From contig DAOVWJ010000001.1 in assembly GCA_030636725.1 (NCBI GenBank), positions 10,207 through 74,206 on the forward strand: 64,000 nucleotides of DNA. Direction: 5' to 3'. This stretch comes from Maribacter sp. (GTDB lineage: Bacteria > Bacteroidota > Bacteroidia > Flavobacteriales > Flavobacteriaceae). A program made the translations under genes and the position numbers. This document shows, in pieces, positions 28,048-39,148 of this stretch. The stretch's first letter is position 1. Each line of letters starts with the position of its first letter. The notes below the pieces were generated by a model. That model saw only the letters and a list, made by a program, of their open reading frames with translations, was not told where the DNA came from and did not search any database.

Positions 28048-28900
28048 AAAACTTATCACAATAGCCAAAATTGCCGTAAGCGCAGTTCTTATCTATTTCA
28101 TATTCACCAAGGTAGATTTTAAGGAGGTCTTGGAAATCATTATAAAGACCAATCCGGTTTATTTAGTTCTATCTATTTTGTTATTTATTGTGTCAAAGGT
28201 CATCGCTTCCCTTCGGCTTAATCTCTATTTTCATCAACTTGGGGCGAAACTTACCCAAAAAAGTAATTTAAAGCTCTATCTATTAGGTATGTTCTACAAT
28301 CTTTTCCTCCCGGGAGGTATTGGCGGGGATGCCTATAAAGGGTATCTCATTAAGATGAAGTTTGAAGTCGATACCAAAAAAGTGGTTTCGGTTCTGGTCT
28401 TGGATAGACTTAGTGGATTACTCCTGCTGTTTATATACGCATGCATTTTGGCAATAGTCTTGATCAACCCATGGCTTGATCAATTTGAAATTGTCATTGC
28501 TATTTTGGGGGCACTCTCAATGGGTGTCTTTTGGTATCTAAACAAAAAGTTCTTCGCATTTACGCTCCCTGTTTTCTGGAAGTCATTTTGGCTATCGGCC
28601 TTTGTGCAATTGGCACAATTACTAAGTGTATTTTTTATTTTACAATCCCTCTCAATAGCCTTAGATTTGACAGCCTATCTCTTTATCTTCCTTATTTCAT
28701 CAATAGTTTCGGTACTTCCGCTGACCATAGGTGGCATTGGGAGCAGGGAAGTGACCTTTCTTTATGGGGCGACCCTCTTTGCTTTGGATGAAAACACATC
28801 CATAAGCATAAGCATGGTGTTCTTTTTAATTACTGCGGTGGTTTCTTTATTTGGAATTATGTACCACTTTAAAAGAATCACCTTGACTACCGATTCTTAA
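28040..28900 (+). CDS. Lysylphosphatidylglycerol-synthase TM (flippase-like) membrane protein
   Basis: GMFYNLFLPGGIGGDAYK, DRLSG, LPLTIGGIGSRE; polytopic. GTG start at 28040 assumed. Confidence 0.82.
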   Translation: MRKKLITIAKIAVSAVLIYFIFTKVDFKEVLEIIIKTNPVYLVLSILLFIVSKVIASLRLNLYFHQLGAKLTQKSNLKLYLLGMFYNLFLPGGIGGDAYKGYLIKMKFEVDTKKVVSVLVLDRLSGLLLLFIYACILAIVLINPWLDQFEIVIAILGALSMGVFWYLNKKFFAFTLPVFWKSFWLSAFVQLAQLLSVFFILQSLSIALDLTAYLFIFLISSIVSVLPLTIGGIGSREVTFLYGATLFALDENTSISISMVFFLITAVVSLFGIMYHFKRITLTTDS

Positions 28901-30555
28901 TAAAGATGGATTAGATGCATTTCCTTGATCACTTTATTTCGGGTACTGGGGTTTAAAAACCTTCCTTGAAGCCTGGTTATTCTAAACTGTTTTTCGGTCA
29001 ACTGTTTATCCCAATCCAAGCCAGAAGCCCTAAGTTCCTTTAACTCATTTTGATTAACGTAGACCCAAACGTCTTTCTTATTCTCAAGCGCTTTGATAGA
29101 ACTAATTTTCACTGGTTTTTTATTGTAAAAATCAAGCGCCCATGTATGGTTCGTTGAAATCTTATAAATAGTATCGACCGAAATATTGTGCTCTTTGATT
29201 GTGGCAGCCATGGTTGAACCCGCCTGATATTCCAGAAGTGAGGGATAGAAATGGGCGTTCAATATACCATTTAACAAAACAGAACTCAAAGCGCCTATGG
29301 TAATAATCCGATAATAATAATCTTCGCGTTTCAGACAATAATAAGCGATTAATATTCCCAGAGCCATCTTCCAGATGTGGTTGGAATAAGAGTCGGTTTT
29401 AAAAATAAAAAAGCAAGTAAACACGCAGGCTATAAACACCAGTGAAAGAATAAAATACTGGATTCCCAAGAAAACTTTTTTAGTTGGTGCGCTTCCTTCT
29501 TTGAACAAATGATATAAGTATGCAGCTGTTAAAACTGAAAACAAGGGCATTACCACATTGAGATAATGCGGCAATTTAAATTGTGCAAAACTAATAATGA
29601 TGAAAATAAGAGTGATTCCTCCTAAAGTCAAAAACTCGGTATTGGAATTGAACTTGAATTTAGATGTGACCATCTCTTTTGCCTTCTTATAATAGGCTAC
29701 AAGCCCTAGAACCGTCCAAGGCAGGAAAACCCATAAAAAAGTGTGGAAAAAGAAGAAGTAATCACTGCTATTCTTCCCAACACCTTCACCACTTAAACGC
29801 TCGAAGCTCTGCTCCCAAAAAATGAAGAATATCCCGCTCCTATCTCCTTTTCCCCTAATTATTTTTTCAGGATGCAGGTCAAACTGATGATAGTATGCGT
29901 AAAGCATTGGCGTAATTACGAGTGCAAAAACCAAAAGACCAACAATCACCCTCCAGTTCAGGAACATTTTCCATTGGCGGGTATAGCTCAAATGACATAG
30001 TATGGGCAACCCAATAACCAAAAGAGCTATTTGCCCTTTAGTCGAAAAAGCGATACCTGCACCCAGAGCGCCAAGTACAATGTTCACAAGGGATTTTTTT
30101 TCGATATAAGCCGCTAAGTGCCAAATGGCAAAAATGGCGAATCCAGTAAGAATTGCATCCGTTCTGACGTCAATCGCTCCTAAAACAATGGTTTGGGAAG
30201 TGATAAAAATCAAGGCTGCCAACTTGCCTACTTTTTTATTATAAAGCAATTTTCCCAATTCGTAACAGCTATATGCCCCCAATAGTGTGGCCAATATACC
30301 TGGAATGCGATATGCCCAATCGTGTAACCCAAAGATCTTAAAAGAAAGTGCAGCGAGCCAATAATGCATATGCGGCTTGTCCAAATATTCTTCTGGGCCT
30401 TTAAATAGGCTTAAAAAGTCATTCTCTTGAACCATTCGCATAGCCATGACGGCAAACTGCGCAGAGTCATTTTCGAAAAGCGTGACGAACATCCCGGCGA
30501 TATAGACCAAAATGACCAGAAGCAACAAAAACCAATATCTGGTATTTGAAATCAT
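28897..30555 (-). CDS. ArnT/PMT-family (GT-C) glycosyltransferase
   Basis: YLDKP, AYRIP, TKG, FLPW, KLPHY motifs; many TM helices. Start at MISNT. Confidence 0.85.
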   Translation of the reverse strand: MISNTRYWFLLLLVILVYIAGMFVTLFENDSAQFAVMAMRMVQENDFLSLFKGPEEYLDKPHMHYWLAALSFKIFGLHDWAYRIPGILATLLGAYSCYELGKLLYNKKVGKLAALIFITSQTIVLGAIDVRTDAILTGFAIFAIWHLAAYIEKKSLVNIVLGALGAGIAFSTKGQIALLVIGLPILCHLSYTRQWKMFLNWRVIVGLLVFALVITPMLYAYYHQFDLHPEKIIRGKGDRSGIFFIFWEQSFERLSGEGVGKNSSDYFFFFHTFLWVFLPWTVLGLVAYYKKAKEMVTSKFKFNSNTEFLTLGGITLIFIIISFAQFKLPHYLNVVMPLFSVLTAAYLYHLFKEGSAPTKKVFLGIQYFILSLVFIACVFTCFFIFKTDSYSNHIWKMALGILIAYYCLKREDYYYRIITIGALSSVLLNGILNAHFYPSLLEYQAGSTMAATIKEHNISVDTIYKISTNHTWALDFYNKKPVKISSIKALENKKDVWVYVNQNELKELRASGLDWDKQLTEKQFRITRLQGRFLNPSTRNKVIKEMHLIHLY

Positions 30556-31121
30556 AGGTGGAATTTGTGAATTGCAAATATATACAACTTTGTAAATAAC
30601 CAACTGAATATCAGCCCGACTACAGCCCCAGTTAGAATATCCAATGGAAAATGGACTCCAATATAAATTCGGCTATAGGATACCAAAATTGCCCAGAATA
30701 TCAATAAAACTCCAATGTATTTGAATGTATGCCTCAACAAAAAGGTAAAGAAAAAGGCAACAGCGAAGGAGTTTGCGGTATGGGCTGAAAAATAACTAAA
30801 TCGCCCTCCACATGATTTTTTGACCAATCGCATAATTTCATTGATCTCTGGATCATAACAGGGTCGCAATCGTTGCACTCCATATTTAAAAAAATCCGCA
30901 AGTCCGTTAGTGGCCGTGATAAGCAGAGCGACTGAAACCAAAAGCACGAGCGTTTTCTTTGTTCCAAACTGTCTGTACGACATAAACAATAGAAATACAT
31001 ACAAAGGAATGGCACTGAACTTGTTGGTGAGAAACATCCAAAACCCATCCCAATTTGGAGTTCCCAGATTATTGAGAAAAAGAAAAAGATTCTTGTCCAG
31101 TTGTATCAGTTCTTCCACCAT
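30552..31121 (-). CDS. PAP2-family membrane phosphatase (LpxE/LpxF-like)
   Basis: KYGVQRLRP, FSAH, SRIYIGVHFPLD motifs. Confidence 0.88.
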   Translation of the reverse strand: MVEELIQLDKNLFLFLNNLGTPNWDGFWMFLTNKFSAIPLYVFLLFMSYRQFGTKKTLVLLVSVALLITATNGLADFFKYGVQRLRPCYDPEINEIMRLVKKSCGGRFSYFSAHTANSFAVAFFFTFLLRHTFKYIGVLLIFWAILVSYSRIYIGVHFPLDILTGAVVGLIFSWLFTKLYIFAIHKFHL

Positions 31122-31126
31122 TGTAA

Positions 31127-31354
31127 TCACTCTTCATATCGGGATACTTCCCTATCATAAAAAGAAGTAGCCTCTTCAATAAGACTTTGCGCTTCCGATT
31201 CAAGATCCTTTTCGTCCTCTTTTGTAAAATCCTCCAACCATTCAACCTCATCATCCTCAAGATTAATAATAAATCTAGGATACTCTGTATGAATGACAAA
31301 GATTGCTGAAGGTAAATCCGTATTGTCACCCAATATAAATTTTGGTAGTTCCAT
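31127..31354 (-). CDS. Small acidic hypothetical protein (75 aa)
   Basis: Tightly packed between the MATE and PAP2 genes on the same strand; FVIHTEYPRFI motif. Confidence 0.75.
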   Translation of the reverse strand: MELPKFILGDNTDLPSAIFVIHTEYPRFIINLEDDEVEWLEDFTKEDEKDLESEAQSLIEEATSFYDREVSRYEE

Positions 31355-31355
31355 G

Positions 31356-32729
31356 TTAGTTTTTGTTGATGATTAGCTTTTTTGTCAAATAATTAAACCG
31401 AATGTACAACATAATGGCCGATGCGGTAAGTCCGGTAAGCAATCCAATCCATATTCCCGTACTTTGTAAATGGGTATGCAATCCTAAATAATAGGATATA
31501 GGAAAACCTATGAGCCAATAGGCGATAAATGTTATCAAAGTTGGAATCTTAACATCCTGTAAACCTCTCAATGCACCCAACACCACCACTTGTATACCAT
31601 CAGAAATCTGAAAAAATGCCGCAACAAACAGCAATTGTCCCGCCAATAGGATCACTTCGGTATTATCTGCCATATTCTTGGTATCATTTACATCTAAATA
31701 CAAGGTCGGAAACCAGTCCCTACCCCATAAAAACAAAATCGCGAATACGATCTCTATCAATAAGGTCAAGAAAAAGATAGATTGGGCAATACGCCTCAAC
31801 TCCTTGAAATTTTGGAGTCCCTTTTGATTTCCCACCCTAATCATTGCAGCGACCCCAAGCCCCATTCCGAACATAAATGTCATGCTACTGAGGTTCAGGG
31901 CAATTTGATTGGCGGCCTGTGCATTTTTTCCCAAGACCCCACTCAACCAAATGGCCGCCGTAAATATGGCCACTTCAAAAAACATTTGCAATGCGGATGG
32001 AAAGCCTAAGCTAATTATTTTTTGTATGACTTTTTTCTCTATCAACTTAAAATTGAATCCGGTAACATAGTCGTGAAATTTCTCTTTTCCCTTTAGCAAG
32101 TACCATATATGACCAACCATGATAAAACGGGAAATCAAGGTACCCCAAGCGGCACCGACAATACCTAATTTTGGGAATCCGAATGAACCAAATATCAACA
32201 AATAGTTCAATATTATATTCACTACATTGGCGATAATGGTCGCATACATGGGGTATTTTGTCTGCGACAAACCTTCTGAAAACTGTTTGAATGCCTGGAA
32301 TACGATCAAAGGCACCAACGAAAAGGCCACCAAATCCAAATAGGGCATTGCCAACTCAACCACCTCGGGAGGTTGTTTCATCAAATACATTAGCGGTTTC
32401 AACAACAGGATTATCACAAAGAGTGACAGTCCTAATACCGTACATAACACCAAACCATGTTTAAGAGCACTTTTCGCATCGGCCTTAGTACCAGCACCAT
32501 CGGCCTCAGCGACCAATGGGGTAATTGCCGTTGAGAATCCTATACCCAACGACATCGCAATAAACACGAAACTATTTCCCAAAGACACAGCTGCAAGCTC
32601 GGCCGTACCCAATTGACCAACCATGATATTATCGGCAAAAGCAACAAAGGTATGCCCCAGCATACCCAATATCACGGGAACTGATAGCGTAATGTTATAC
32701 CTGAATTCTTTGGTGTACTTTTGTAACAA
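31356..32729 (-). CDS. MATE-family efflux transporter
   Basis: DNIMVGQLGTAELAAVS; 12-TM two-repeat layout. TTG start at 32729 chosen because a -7 box (TATCTTTG, minus strand 32751-32758) overlaps the longer start. Confidence 0.9.
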   Translation of the reverse strand: MLQKYTKEFRYNITLSVPVILGMLGHTFVAFADNIMVGQLGTAELAAVSLGNSFVFIAMSLGIGFSTAITPLVAEADGAGTKADAKSALKHGLVLCTVLGLSLFVIILLLKPLMYLMKQPPEVVELAMPYLDLVAFSLVPLIVFQAFKQFSEGLSQTKYPMYATIIANVVNIILNYLLIFGSFGFPKLGIVGAAWGTLISRFIMVGHIWYLLKGKEKFHDYVTGFNFKLIEKKVIQKIISLGFPSALQMFFEVAIFTAAIWLSGVLGKNAQAANQIALNLSSMTFMFGMGLGVAAMIRVGNQKGLQNFKELRRIAQSIFFLTLLIEIVFAILFLWGRDWFPTLYLDVNDTKNMADNTEVILLAGQLLFVAAFFQISDGIQVVVLGALRGLQDVKIPTLITFIAYWLIGFPISYYLGLHTHLQSTGIWIGLLTGLTASAIMLYIRFNYLTKKLIINKN

Positions 32730-32826
32730 GGTTGGCCTATTTAACGGAAACAAAGATAAGGTCTTACTTTATATTGAAAGTGTAAAAACTATAAAGTTGA
32801 TGGATTATAATTCTCTGGATTATTAA

Positions 32827-33600
32827 CTATAGTGATTTTGCTTCCTCCCAGAAAACATCCATTTCTTCCAAGGTCATTTCCTTTAAGGCTTTACCCACTT
32901 CCTTTGCTTTTGATTCTAAATATTGAAATCGATTGATGAATTTTTTATTGGTCCGTTCCAAGGCATTTTCAGGATCTACTTTAAGAAAACGAGCGTAATT
33001 GATCATTGAGAAGAGTACATCCCCAAATTCGGCTTCCATTCGGCTTGGATTGCCTACTTTAATTTCTTCCTGTAATTCCGCAAGTTCCTCTTGTACTTTT
33101 TCAAAAACCTGTTCAGGCTTTTCCCAATCAAAGCCAACTCCAGCCACTTTGTCCTGTATACGATTGGCTTTTACCAAGGCCGGTAAACCGTTGGGTACTC
33201 CTTCCAAAACACTTTTCTTACCTTCTTTCAGCTTCAGATTTTCCCAATTCTGTTTCACCTCCTCTTCATCCTTCACTTTTACATCACCATAGATATGAGG
33301 ATGCCTATTGATCAATTTCTCACATATGGAATTACAGACTTCTGTCATATCAAAATCCCCGGTTTCAGAACCAATTTTGGCATAAAAAACAATGTGTAGC
33401 AAGAGATCTCCCAACTCATTTTTCACTTCGGTCAAGTCATTCTCTAGTATAGCGTCCCCCAATTCATATGTTTCTTCGATGGTCAGATGGCGTAGGGATT
33501 GCATCGTTTGTTTTTTGTCCCATGGGCACTGTTCCCGAAGTTGGTCCATTATGGTAAGTAAACGATCAAATGCTTTTAGTTGGAGCTCTCTATTATCCAT
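32827..33600 (-). CDS. mazG: Nucleoside triphosphate pyrophosphohydrolase MazG
   Basis: CPWDKKQT, EETYE, ELGDLLLH, RHPHIY, EFGDVLF; -7 box TACTTTTG on minus strand at 33616-33623. Confidence 0.95.
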   Translation of the reverse strand: MDNRELQLKAFDRLLTIMDQLREQCPWDKKQTMQSLRHLTIEETYELGDAILENDLTEVKNELGDLLLHIVFYAKIGSETGDFDMTEVCNSICEKLINRHPHIYGDVKVKDEEEVKQNWENLKLKEGKKSVLEGVPNGLPALVKANRIQDKVAGVGFDWEKPEQVFEKVQEELAELQEEIKVGNPSRMEAEFGDVLFSMINYARFLKVDPENALERTNKKFINRFQYLESKAKEVGKALKEMTLEEMDVFWEEAKSL

Positions 33601-33702
33601 AAATTGCAATTTGCCCAAAAGTACAAATACAAATAATATAAGTACGAACCATATTTGGCTTATTTTAGTTATCTTAAGTCGGTCAAAATCAACCTTAAAA
33701 TT

Positions 33703-35199
33703 ATGAAATCGATCCTAATTCACATAGTATATGTAAGCTGTACAGTTTTTGCGCTCCTATGGTATATGTCACCAAATTCCGATTTAGGTGTTTTTGAGGG
33801 AAATACTGATATTGGAAATGTAAAGCATGCGGGTTCGGTACAGTTTAATCCCAGTGAAAACACCTATACAATTTCTGGTAGTGGAACAAATATGTGGTTT
33901 GATACCGATGAATTTCATTTCGTCTGGAAAAAAATGTCCGGCGATATGTCTTTGGCTGCTACTATTGAATGGTTGGGTCAAGGATTGGACCCACATAGGA
34001 AAGCCTGCCTTGTTATACGACAAACTTTAGAGTCTAACTCGGCCTATGCAGATGTAGCGGTACACGGGGATGGATTAACATCTATTCAATATAGAGAGCT
34101 TGAAGGAGCTATGACCAGAGAGGTGCAATCCAATATCTCAGCTCCGAATAGCGTCCGAATAGAAAAAGAAGGGGATTACATTTCAATGTCGGTTGCCTTC
34201 GGAAATGAGAATTTAAAATATTCCGGCGGCTCTTTTAAAATGCAATTTTCCGAACCCTATTATGTAGGTTTGGGGGTTTGCTCACATAATAATGAAGTCA
34301 TCGAAACAGCAAAGTTCTCAAATGTGGTGGTTGAAAACATTCCGAAAAAAACGGACTCTTTGAAGCAGGTTGTAAGCACATTGGAGACAATAACCATATC
34401 TTCTTTTGATAGAAGAGTGGTATATCACACGAACAGCCATATTGAAGCTCCCAATTGGTCTCCCGATGGAAAAGCATTGATTTACAATAGCCAAGGGCTT
34501 CTATACAAGATTCCTGTTGATGGTGGTAAACCTGAATTAATTCCGACTGATTTCGCCAAAAGAATAAATAACGATCATGGCATTTCTCCTGATGGAACCC
34601 AAATGGTGATAAGTGACCAGACCGAAACAGGTAAATCCTTGATTTATTCCATTCCGATCGAAGGTGGTATTCCAAAAAAAATAACACCACTAGGTCCCTC
34701 CTACTGGCATGGATGGTCACCTGATGGTAAAACGTTGGCCTATTGCGCAGAACGGAACGGAAATTACGATATCTATACCATTCCTTTTGAAGGAGGTGAG
34801 GAGACACGATTAACTACTACTGAAGGACTAGACGATGGCCCTGACTATTCCCCTGATGGAAAATACATTTATTTCAATTCGACCCGTACAGGAACTATGC
34901 AAATTTGGCGAATGAAAGTAGATGGCTCAGATCAGGAACAGATAACCACAGATAAGTACAATGACTGGTTTGCCCACCCTTCACCAGATGGCAAATGGCT
35001 CGTCTATGTAACCTTCAATACCGATGTACCTGCAGGTTCCCACCCTCCCAACAAAGATGTAATGCTCCGGCTTATGAATTTAGAAACGAAAGAAATTAAG
35101 GTAATGGCAAAGCTCTTTGGCGGGCAAGGAACCATTAATGTTCCTTCGTGGTCTCCAGATAGCCAACGTATTGCTTTTGTAAGTTACCGTCTAGAATAA
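33703..35199 (+). CDS. TolB-like PD40 beta-propeller protein with N-terminal beta-sandwich domain
   Basis: Repeated WSPDG/ISPDG/YSPDG/PSPDG motifs; N-terminal [19 protein letters not shown] domain. Confidence 0.8.
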   Translation: MKSILIHIVYVSCTVFALLWYMSPNSDLGVFEGNTDIGNVKHAGSVQFNPSENTYTISGSGTNMWFDTDEFHFVWKKMSGDMSLAATIEWLGQGLDPHRKACLVIRQTLESNSAYADVAVHGDGLTSIQYRELEGAMTREVQSNISAPNSVRIEKEGDYISMSVAFGNENLKYSGGSFKMQFSEPYYVGLGVCSHNNEVIETAKFSNVVVENIPKKTDSLKQVVSTLETITISSFDRRVVYHTNSHIEAPNWSPDGKALIYNSQGLLYKIPVDGGKPELIPTDFAKRINNDHGISPDGTQMVISDQTETGKSLIYSIPIEGGIPKKITPLGPSYWHGWSPDGKTLAYCAERNGNYDIYTIPFEGGEETRLTTTEGLDDGPDYSPDGKYIYFNSTRTGTMQIWRMKVDGSDQEQITTDKYNDWFAHPSPDGKWLVYVTFNTDVPAGSHPPNKDVMLRLMNLETKEIKVMAKLFGGQGTINVPSWSPDSQRIAFVSYRLE

Positions 35200-35214
35200 T
35201 ATCGAAATAAATAT

Positions 35215-36048
35215 ATGAAAACACGTAGAAAATTTTTGTTTCAATCAAGTGCCTTGGCCTTAGGCACAATGCTTATCCCCTCTATTACATTAGCCAATAA
35301 TGTTAGTCAGAAATTCGGAGTTCAACTATACTCCTTTAGAAACGAAATGGCCAAGGATGCCATAGGCACATTAAAACAGATTTCAGCCATAGGAATTAAA
35401 GAGATTGAAACGGCCCAAAGTAAAAAAGGGCATTACTATGGACTTAAACCCAAAGAAATGAAGGCCATTTGTTCAGATTTAGGCATGAACCTCAAAAGCG
35501 GACATGCTGCCTTAGATGGCAATTGGCAGCGAACCATGGACGAGGCCGTTGAATCCGGACAAGAGTATTTAATCTGTTCTTCAATGCCCTCAAGAGGGCA
35601 AACCGTTGACAACTATCTGAAAGTTGCTGAAAAGTTCAATGAGGCAGGGGAAGCATGCAAAAAGCTCGGACTTAAATTCGGATACCACAATCATGCCTAT
35701 GAATTTGAATCTGAAAATGATCAGGTGCTGTATGATGTAATGTTAGACAATACTGATTCAGATTTGGTGCATATGGAACTTGACCTAGGATGGGTCATTA
35801 TGGGCGGAAAGGATCCTTTGGATTATTTTAAGGCATATCCCGGGCGTTTCCCACTTTGGCATCTTAAGGATATGGACATGGAGAAAAAAGAAAGTACCGA
35901 ATTCGGTAGAGGAGGATTAGATATTGCCTTAATGATGCAGAACCAGAAAGCTTCTGGCGTAAAACATATTTTCATAGAGCAGGAAGAATATACCAATACT
36001 CCTTTGGAAAGCATGAAACATAATATGACCTACTTAAAAAGAATATAG
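35215..36048 (+). CDS. Tat-exported sugar phosphate isomerase/epimerase
   Basis: TRRKFL; GVQLYS; YHNHAYEF; ELDLGW; HLKD; IEQE. Confidence 0.87.
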   Translation: MKTRRKFLFQSSALALGTMLIPSITLANNVSQKFGVQLYSFRNEMAKDAIGTLKQISAIGIKEIETAQSKKGHYYGLKPKEMKAICSDLGMNLKSGHAALDGNWQRTMDEAVESGQEYLICSSMPSRGQTVDNYLKVAEKFNEAGEACKKLGLKFGYHNHAYEFESENDQVLYDVMLDNTDSDLVHMELDLGWVIMGGKDPLDYFKAYPGRFPLWHLKDMDMEKKESTEFGRGGLDIALMMQNQKASGVKHIFIEQEEYTNTPLESMKHNMTYLKRI

Positions 36049-36085
36049 CCAACCGCTATCTAACATCCTTTAATGAACTTCGTCA

Positions 36086-37444
36086 ATGTCTGAAATCGTA
36101 GATCCCTATATTTTATCACCCGATAAGATAAAATCACCTCCAACGACTTTTAGAGGACGTTTGAAATTTCTTGGACCCAGTTTTGTGCTCTCCGCTTCTA
36201 TTGTAGGCTCGGGTGAATTGATTGCCACCACTACCTTGGGTGCAGAAGCAGGTTTCATTACATTTTGGGTCATTATCGTTAGTTGTCTAGTTAAAGTAGC
36301 GGTGCAATTAGAGTTTGGAAAGCATAGCATTCTCACAGGGGAAACAGCCATGCAGGCTTTTAATAAGTTGCCGGGACCTCAATTTGGCAAGGCAAAATGG
36401 ACGGTTTGGACCGTTTTAGGCGTAATGATCATAAAATTATTACAAGTAGGCGGTATTGTAGGAGGTGTGGCCATCATTCTTAATATTATATCCCCTCAAA
36501 TAAGCATTCCATTTTTCGCCTTCGGTATTGCCGTAGTTGTTGCCTTAATGATATACAAAGGGTACTACAACTTCATAGAGCGATTCTCTTTGGTTATGAT
36601 TGGTTTTTTTACGCTATTCACTTTTGCTTCCCTATATTTTTTGAAGTTCACCACCTATCAAATCTCATTGGAGGATATATGGAGCGGTCTGCAATTTAAT
36701 CTACCCAAAGAAGCTGTGGTGGTGGCCATTGGCGCCTTTGGAATTACAGGTGTGGGTGGAGATGAAATTATACATTATAACTATTGGTGTTTGGAAAAGG
36801 GATATGCCTCTTTTGTAGGCGAAAATGACAACTCAGAAGAATGGCGCGATAGAGCCTATGGCTGGATTAAGGTTATGAAACTGGATGCCATAGTCGCCAT
36901 GTGCGTGTATACTTCTGTTACCGCAGCCTTTTATTTGCTGGGTGCGGCGGTCCTACATGCGCAAGGCAGCATTCCAGAAGGATATGCGATGATAGAAACC
37001 TTATCTGCAATGTACACGGAATCTTTAGGGCCGCATGCCAAAACTGCATTTCTAATTGGATCGTTCATCACTCTATTTTCTACCCTTTTTGCCGCTCTTG
37101 CTGCTTGGACAAGGCAGATTTCAGATATTTTTGGGCAGATAGGTTTAATTAATTTTAGCGATTACCATATACGGAAAAAGACCGTGGCAATTCTTGCCTG
37201 GATCATACCACTATTGTGGGCATTGGTATTTGTCTTTATAAAATTGCCGGTTTTGATGGTCATCACTGGTGGTATCGTAGGCTCTTTCTTGCTGTTTTTG
37301 GTCGTTTATGCAGTACTGCATTTTAGGTATGTAAGGCTTAATCCTTTATTTAAGCCTAGCATTTATTATGATGTTGTCTTATGGCTTAGTATCCTAAGTA
37401 TTATAGCAGTTGGAGTGCTGGGTATTCTAAAATTTTTCGGTTAA
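36086..37444 (+). CDS. NRAMP-like (APC superfamily) transporter
   Basis: LGPSFVLSASIVGSGELIATT; about 11 TM helices; lacks the canonical DPGN motif. Confidence 0.75.
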   Translation: MSEIVDPYILSPDKIKSPPTTFRGRLKFLGPSFVLSASIVGSGELIATTTLGAEAGFITFWVIIVSCLVKVAVQLEFGKHSILTGETAMQAFNKLPGPQFGKAKWTVWTVLGVMIIKLLQVGGIVGGVAIILNIISPQISIPFFAFGIAVVVALMIYKGYYNFIERFSLVMIGFFTLFTFASLYFLKFTTYQISLEDIWSGLQFNLPKEAVVVAIGAFGITGVGGDEIIHYNYWCLEKGYASFVGENDNSEEWRDRAYGWIKVMKLDAIVAMCVYTSVTAAFYLLGAAVLHAQGSIPEGYAMIETLSAMYTESLGPHAKTAFLIGSFITLFSTLFAALAAWTRQISDIFGQIGLINFSDYHIRKKTVAILAWIIPLLWALVFVFIKLPVLMVITGGIVGSFLLFLVVYAVLHFRYVRLNPLFKPSIYYDVVLWLSILSIIAVGVLGILKFFG

Positions 37445-37478
37445 AATATCAAATCCTATACTGCCAATACATCGAATC

Positions 37479-39128
37479 ATGAAATTCAAAACAATACTAT
37501 CTATATTCTTATCACTTGGTCTACTCTTCGGATGTTCCTCCTCGGTAACTTATGATGTACTCATTAAAAACGGGCAAATAATCGATGGATCTGGCATTGC
37601 CTCCTTTATTGGGGATGTTGGTATAGATGCCGATACTATTGCATCTATAGGTAATCTTCAAAAAGCAAAGGGCATTCTGGAAATTGATGCCAAAGGTCTA
37701 ATAGTTGCCCCGGGGTTCATCAACATGCTGAGCTGGGCCAACGTTTCCCTCATTGAAGACGGCCGGTCTCAAGGTGATATTCGACAGGGAGTAACATTAG
37801 AAGTACTAGGGGAAGGACATTCAATGGGGCCATTAAATGAGGAGATGAAAAAGGAAATGAAAGATGGACAACAAAATATTACGTACGACATTACATGGAC
37901 CACGCTTGGTGAATATTTAGAGTTTCTTGAAAACAAGGGTGTTTCTACCAATATTGCCTCTTTTGTAGGGAACGGAACATTACGGGAATTCACCATGAAG
38001 TATGAAAACAGACCTCCTTCGAACGAGGAATTGGATACAATGAAGGAGCTCACACGTCAAGCCATGGAAGAAGGGGCCATAGGTATGTCTTCCTCTTTGA
38101 TATATGTACCCAGTGGACACGCCAAAACCAATGAGCTTATTGAACTTGCGAAAGTCGTTGAGGAATACGATGGCATGTATATTTCCCATATTCGAGACGA
38201 AGAGGGTGGTTTATTGGATGCGGTCAAGGAACTGATCACCATCAGTGAAGAAGCCAACATACGTTCAGAGATTTATCATTTTAAGGCCTCAGGGAATGAG
38301 AATTGGGGTGTATTGGATAAAGCCATTCAATTGGTGGATAGTGCCCGAACCAAGGGTTTACCCATAACCACCGATATGTACATGTACAATGCGAGTTCAA
38401 CCGGTCTTAACGTATTGCTTCCGGCATGGGCCAAGGAAGGTGGGCATAGCGCAACCATAAAGTTGATAAAGCAACCGGACAAAAGAAAAAAAATGATGCA
38501 AGAGGTAGATTTTCATGTTCCACCAGAGAAAATCCTTCTTGTAGGTTTTAGAAACAAGGCCTTGAGAAACCTCATCGGAAAAACACTGGCAGATGTTGCC
38601 CAAGAAAGAATGATCACCCCAGAGGAGGCCATAGTCGATCTTATTCTTGAAGACGATAGCAGAATACAAGTGGTGTATTTCTCCATGTCCGAAGACAATA
38701 TCAAAAAGAAATTGGCACTTCCATATATGTCCATTTGCTCAGATGCTGGTTCCTATACCAACGAGGGTATTTTTTTAGAACAAAGCACACACCCTAGAGC
38801 CTATGGTTCATTTGCTAGATTGTTGGGCAAATATGTTCGGGAAGAAAAAGTAATTGCATTGGAGGATGCGATTTACAAACTGACGGCTCTACCGGCAACA
38901 AATATGAAACTTAAAAAACGAGGTGCTTTAAAAGAAGGTTTTTATGCGGACATCACCGTATTTGATGCAGGTGAAATCCAAGATATTGCTACTTTTGAGA
39001 ACCCCCACCAATACGCAATAGGAATGAAACATGTATTTGTCAACGGAACACAGGTTTTAAAAAACGGAGAACATACAGGGGCATTTCCTGGTAAAGTGGT
39101 TCGCGGTCCTGGATGGAAAAGAAAATAA
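37479..39128 (+). CDS. N-acyl-D-amino-acid deacylase family lipoprotein
   Basis: Lipobox LFGC; APGFINMLSW; SHIRDE; HPRAYGSFAR; VFVNG. Confidence 0.85.
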   Translation: MKFKTILSIFLSLGLLFGCSSSVTYDVLIKNGQIIDGSGIASFIGDVGIDADTIASIGNLQKAKGILEIDAKGLIVAPGFINMLSWANVSLIEDGRSQGDIRQGVTLEVLGEGHSMGPLNEEMKKEMKDGQQNITYDITWTTLGEYLEFLENKGVSTNIASFVGNGTLREFTMKYENRPPSNEELDTMKELTRQAMEEGAIGMSSSLIYVPSGHAKTNELIELAKVVEEYDGMYISHIRDEEGGLLDAVKELITISEEANIRSEIYHFKASGNENWGVLDKAIQLVDSARTKGLPITTDMYMYNASSTGLNVLLPAWAKEGGHSATIKLIKQPDKRKKMMQEVDFHVPPEKILLVGFRNKALRNLIGKTLADVAQERMITPEEAIVDLILEDDSRIQVVYFSMSEDNIKKKLALPYMSICSDAGSYTNEGIFLEQSTHPRAYGSFARLLGKYVREEKVIALEDAIYKLTALPATNMKLKKRGALKEGFYADITVFDAGEIQDIATFENPHQYAIGMKHVFVNGTQVLKNGEHTGAFPGKVVRGPGWKRK

Positions 39129-39148
39129 CAATTTTAAAACATACACTA

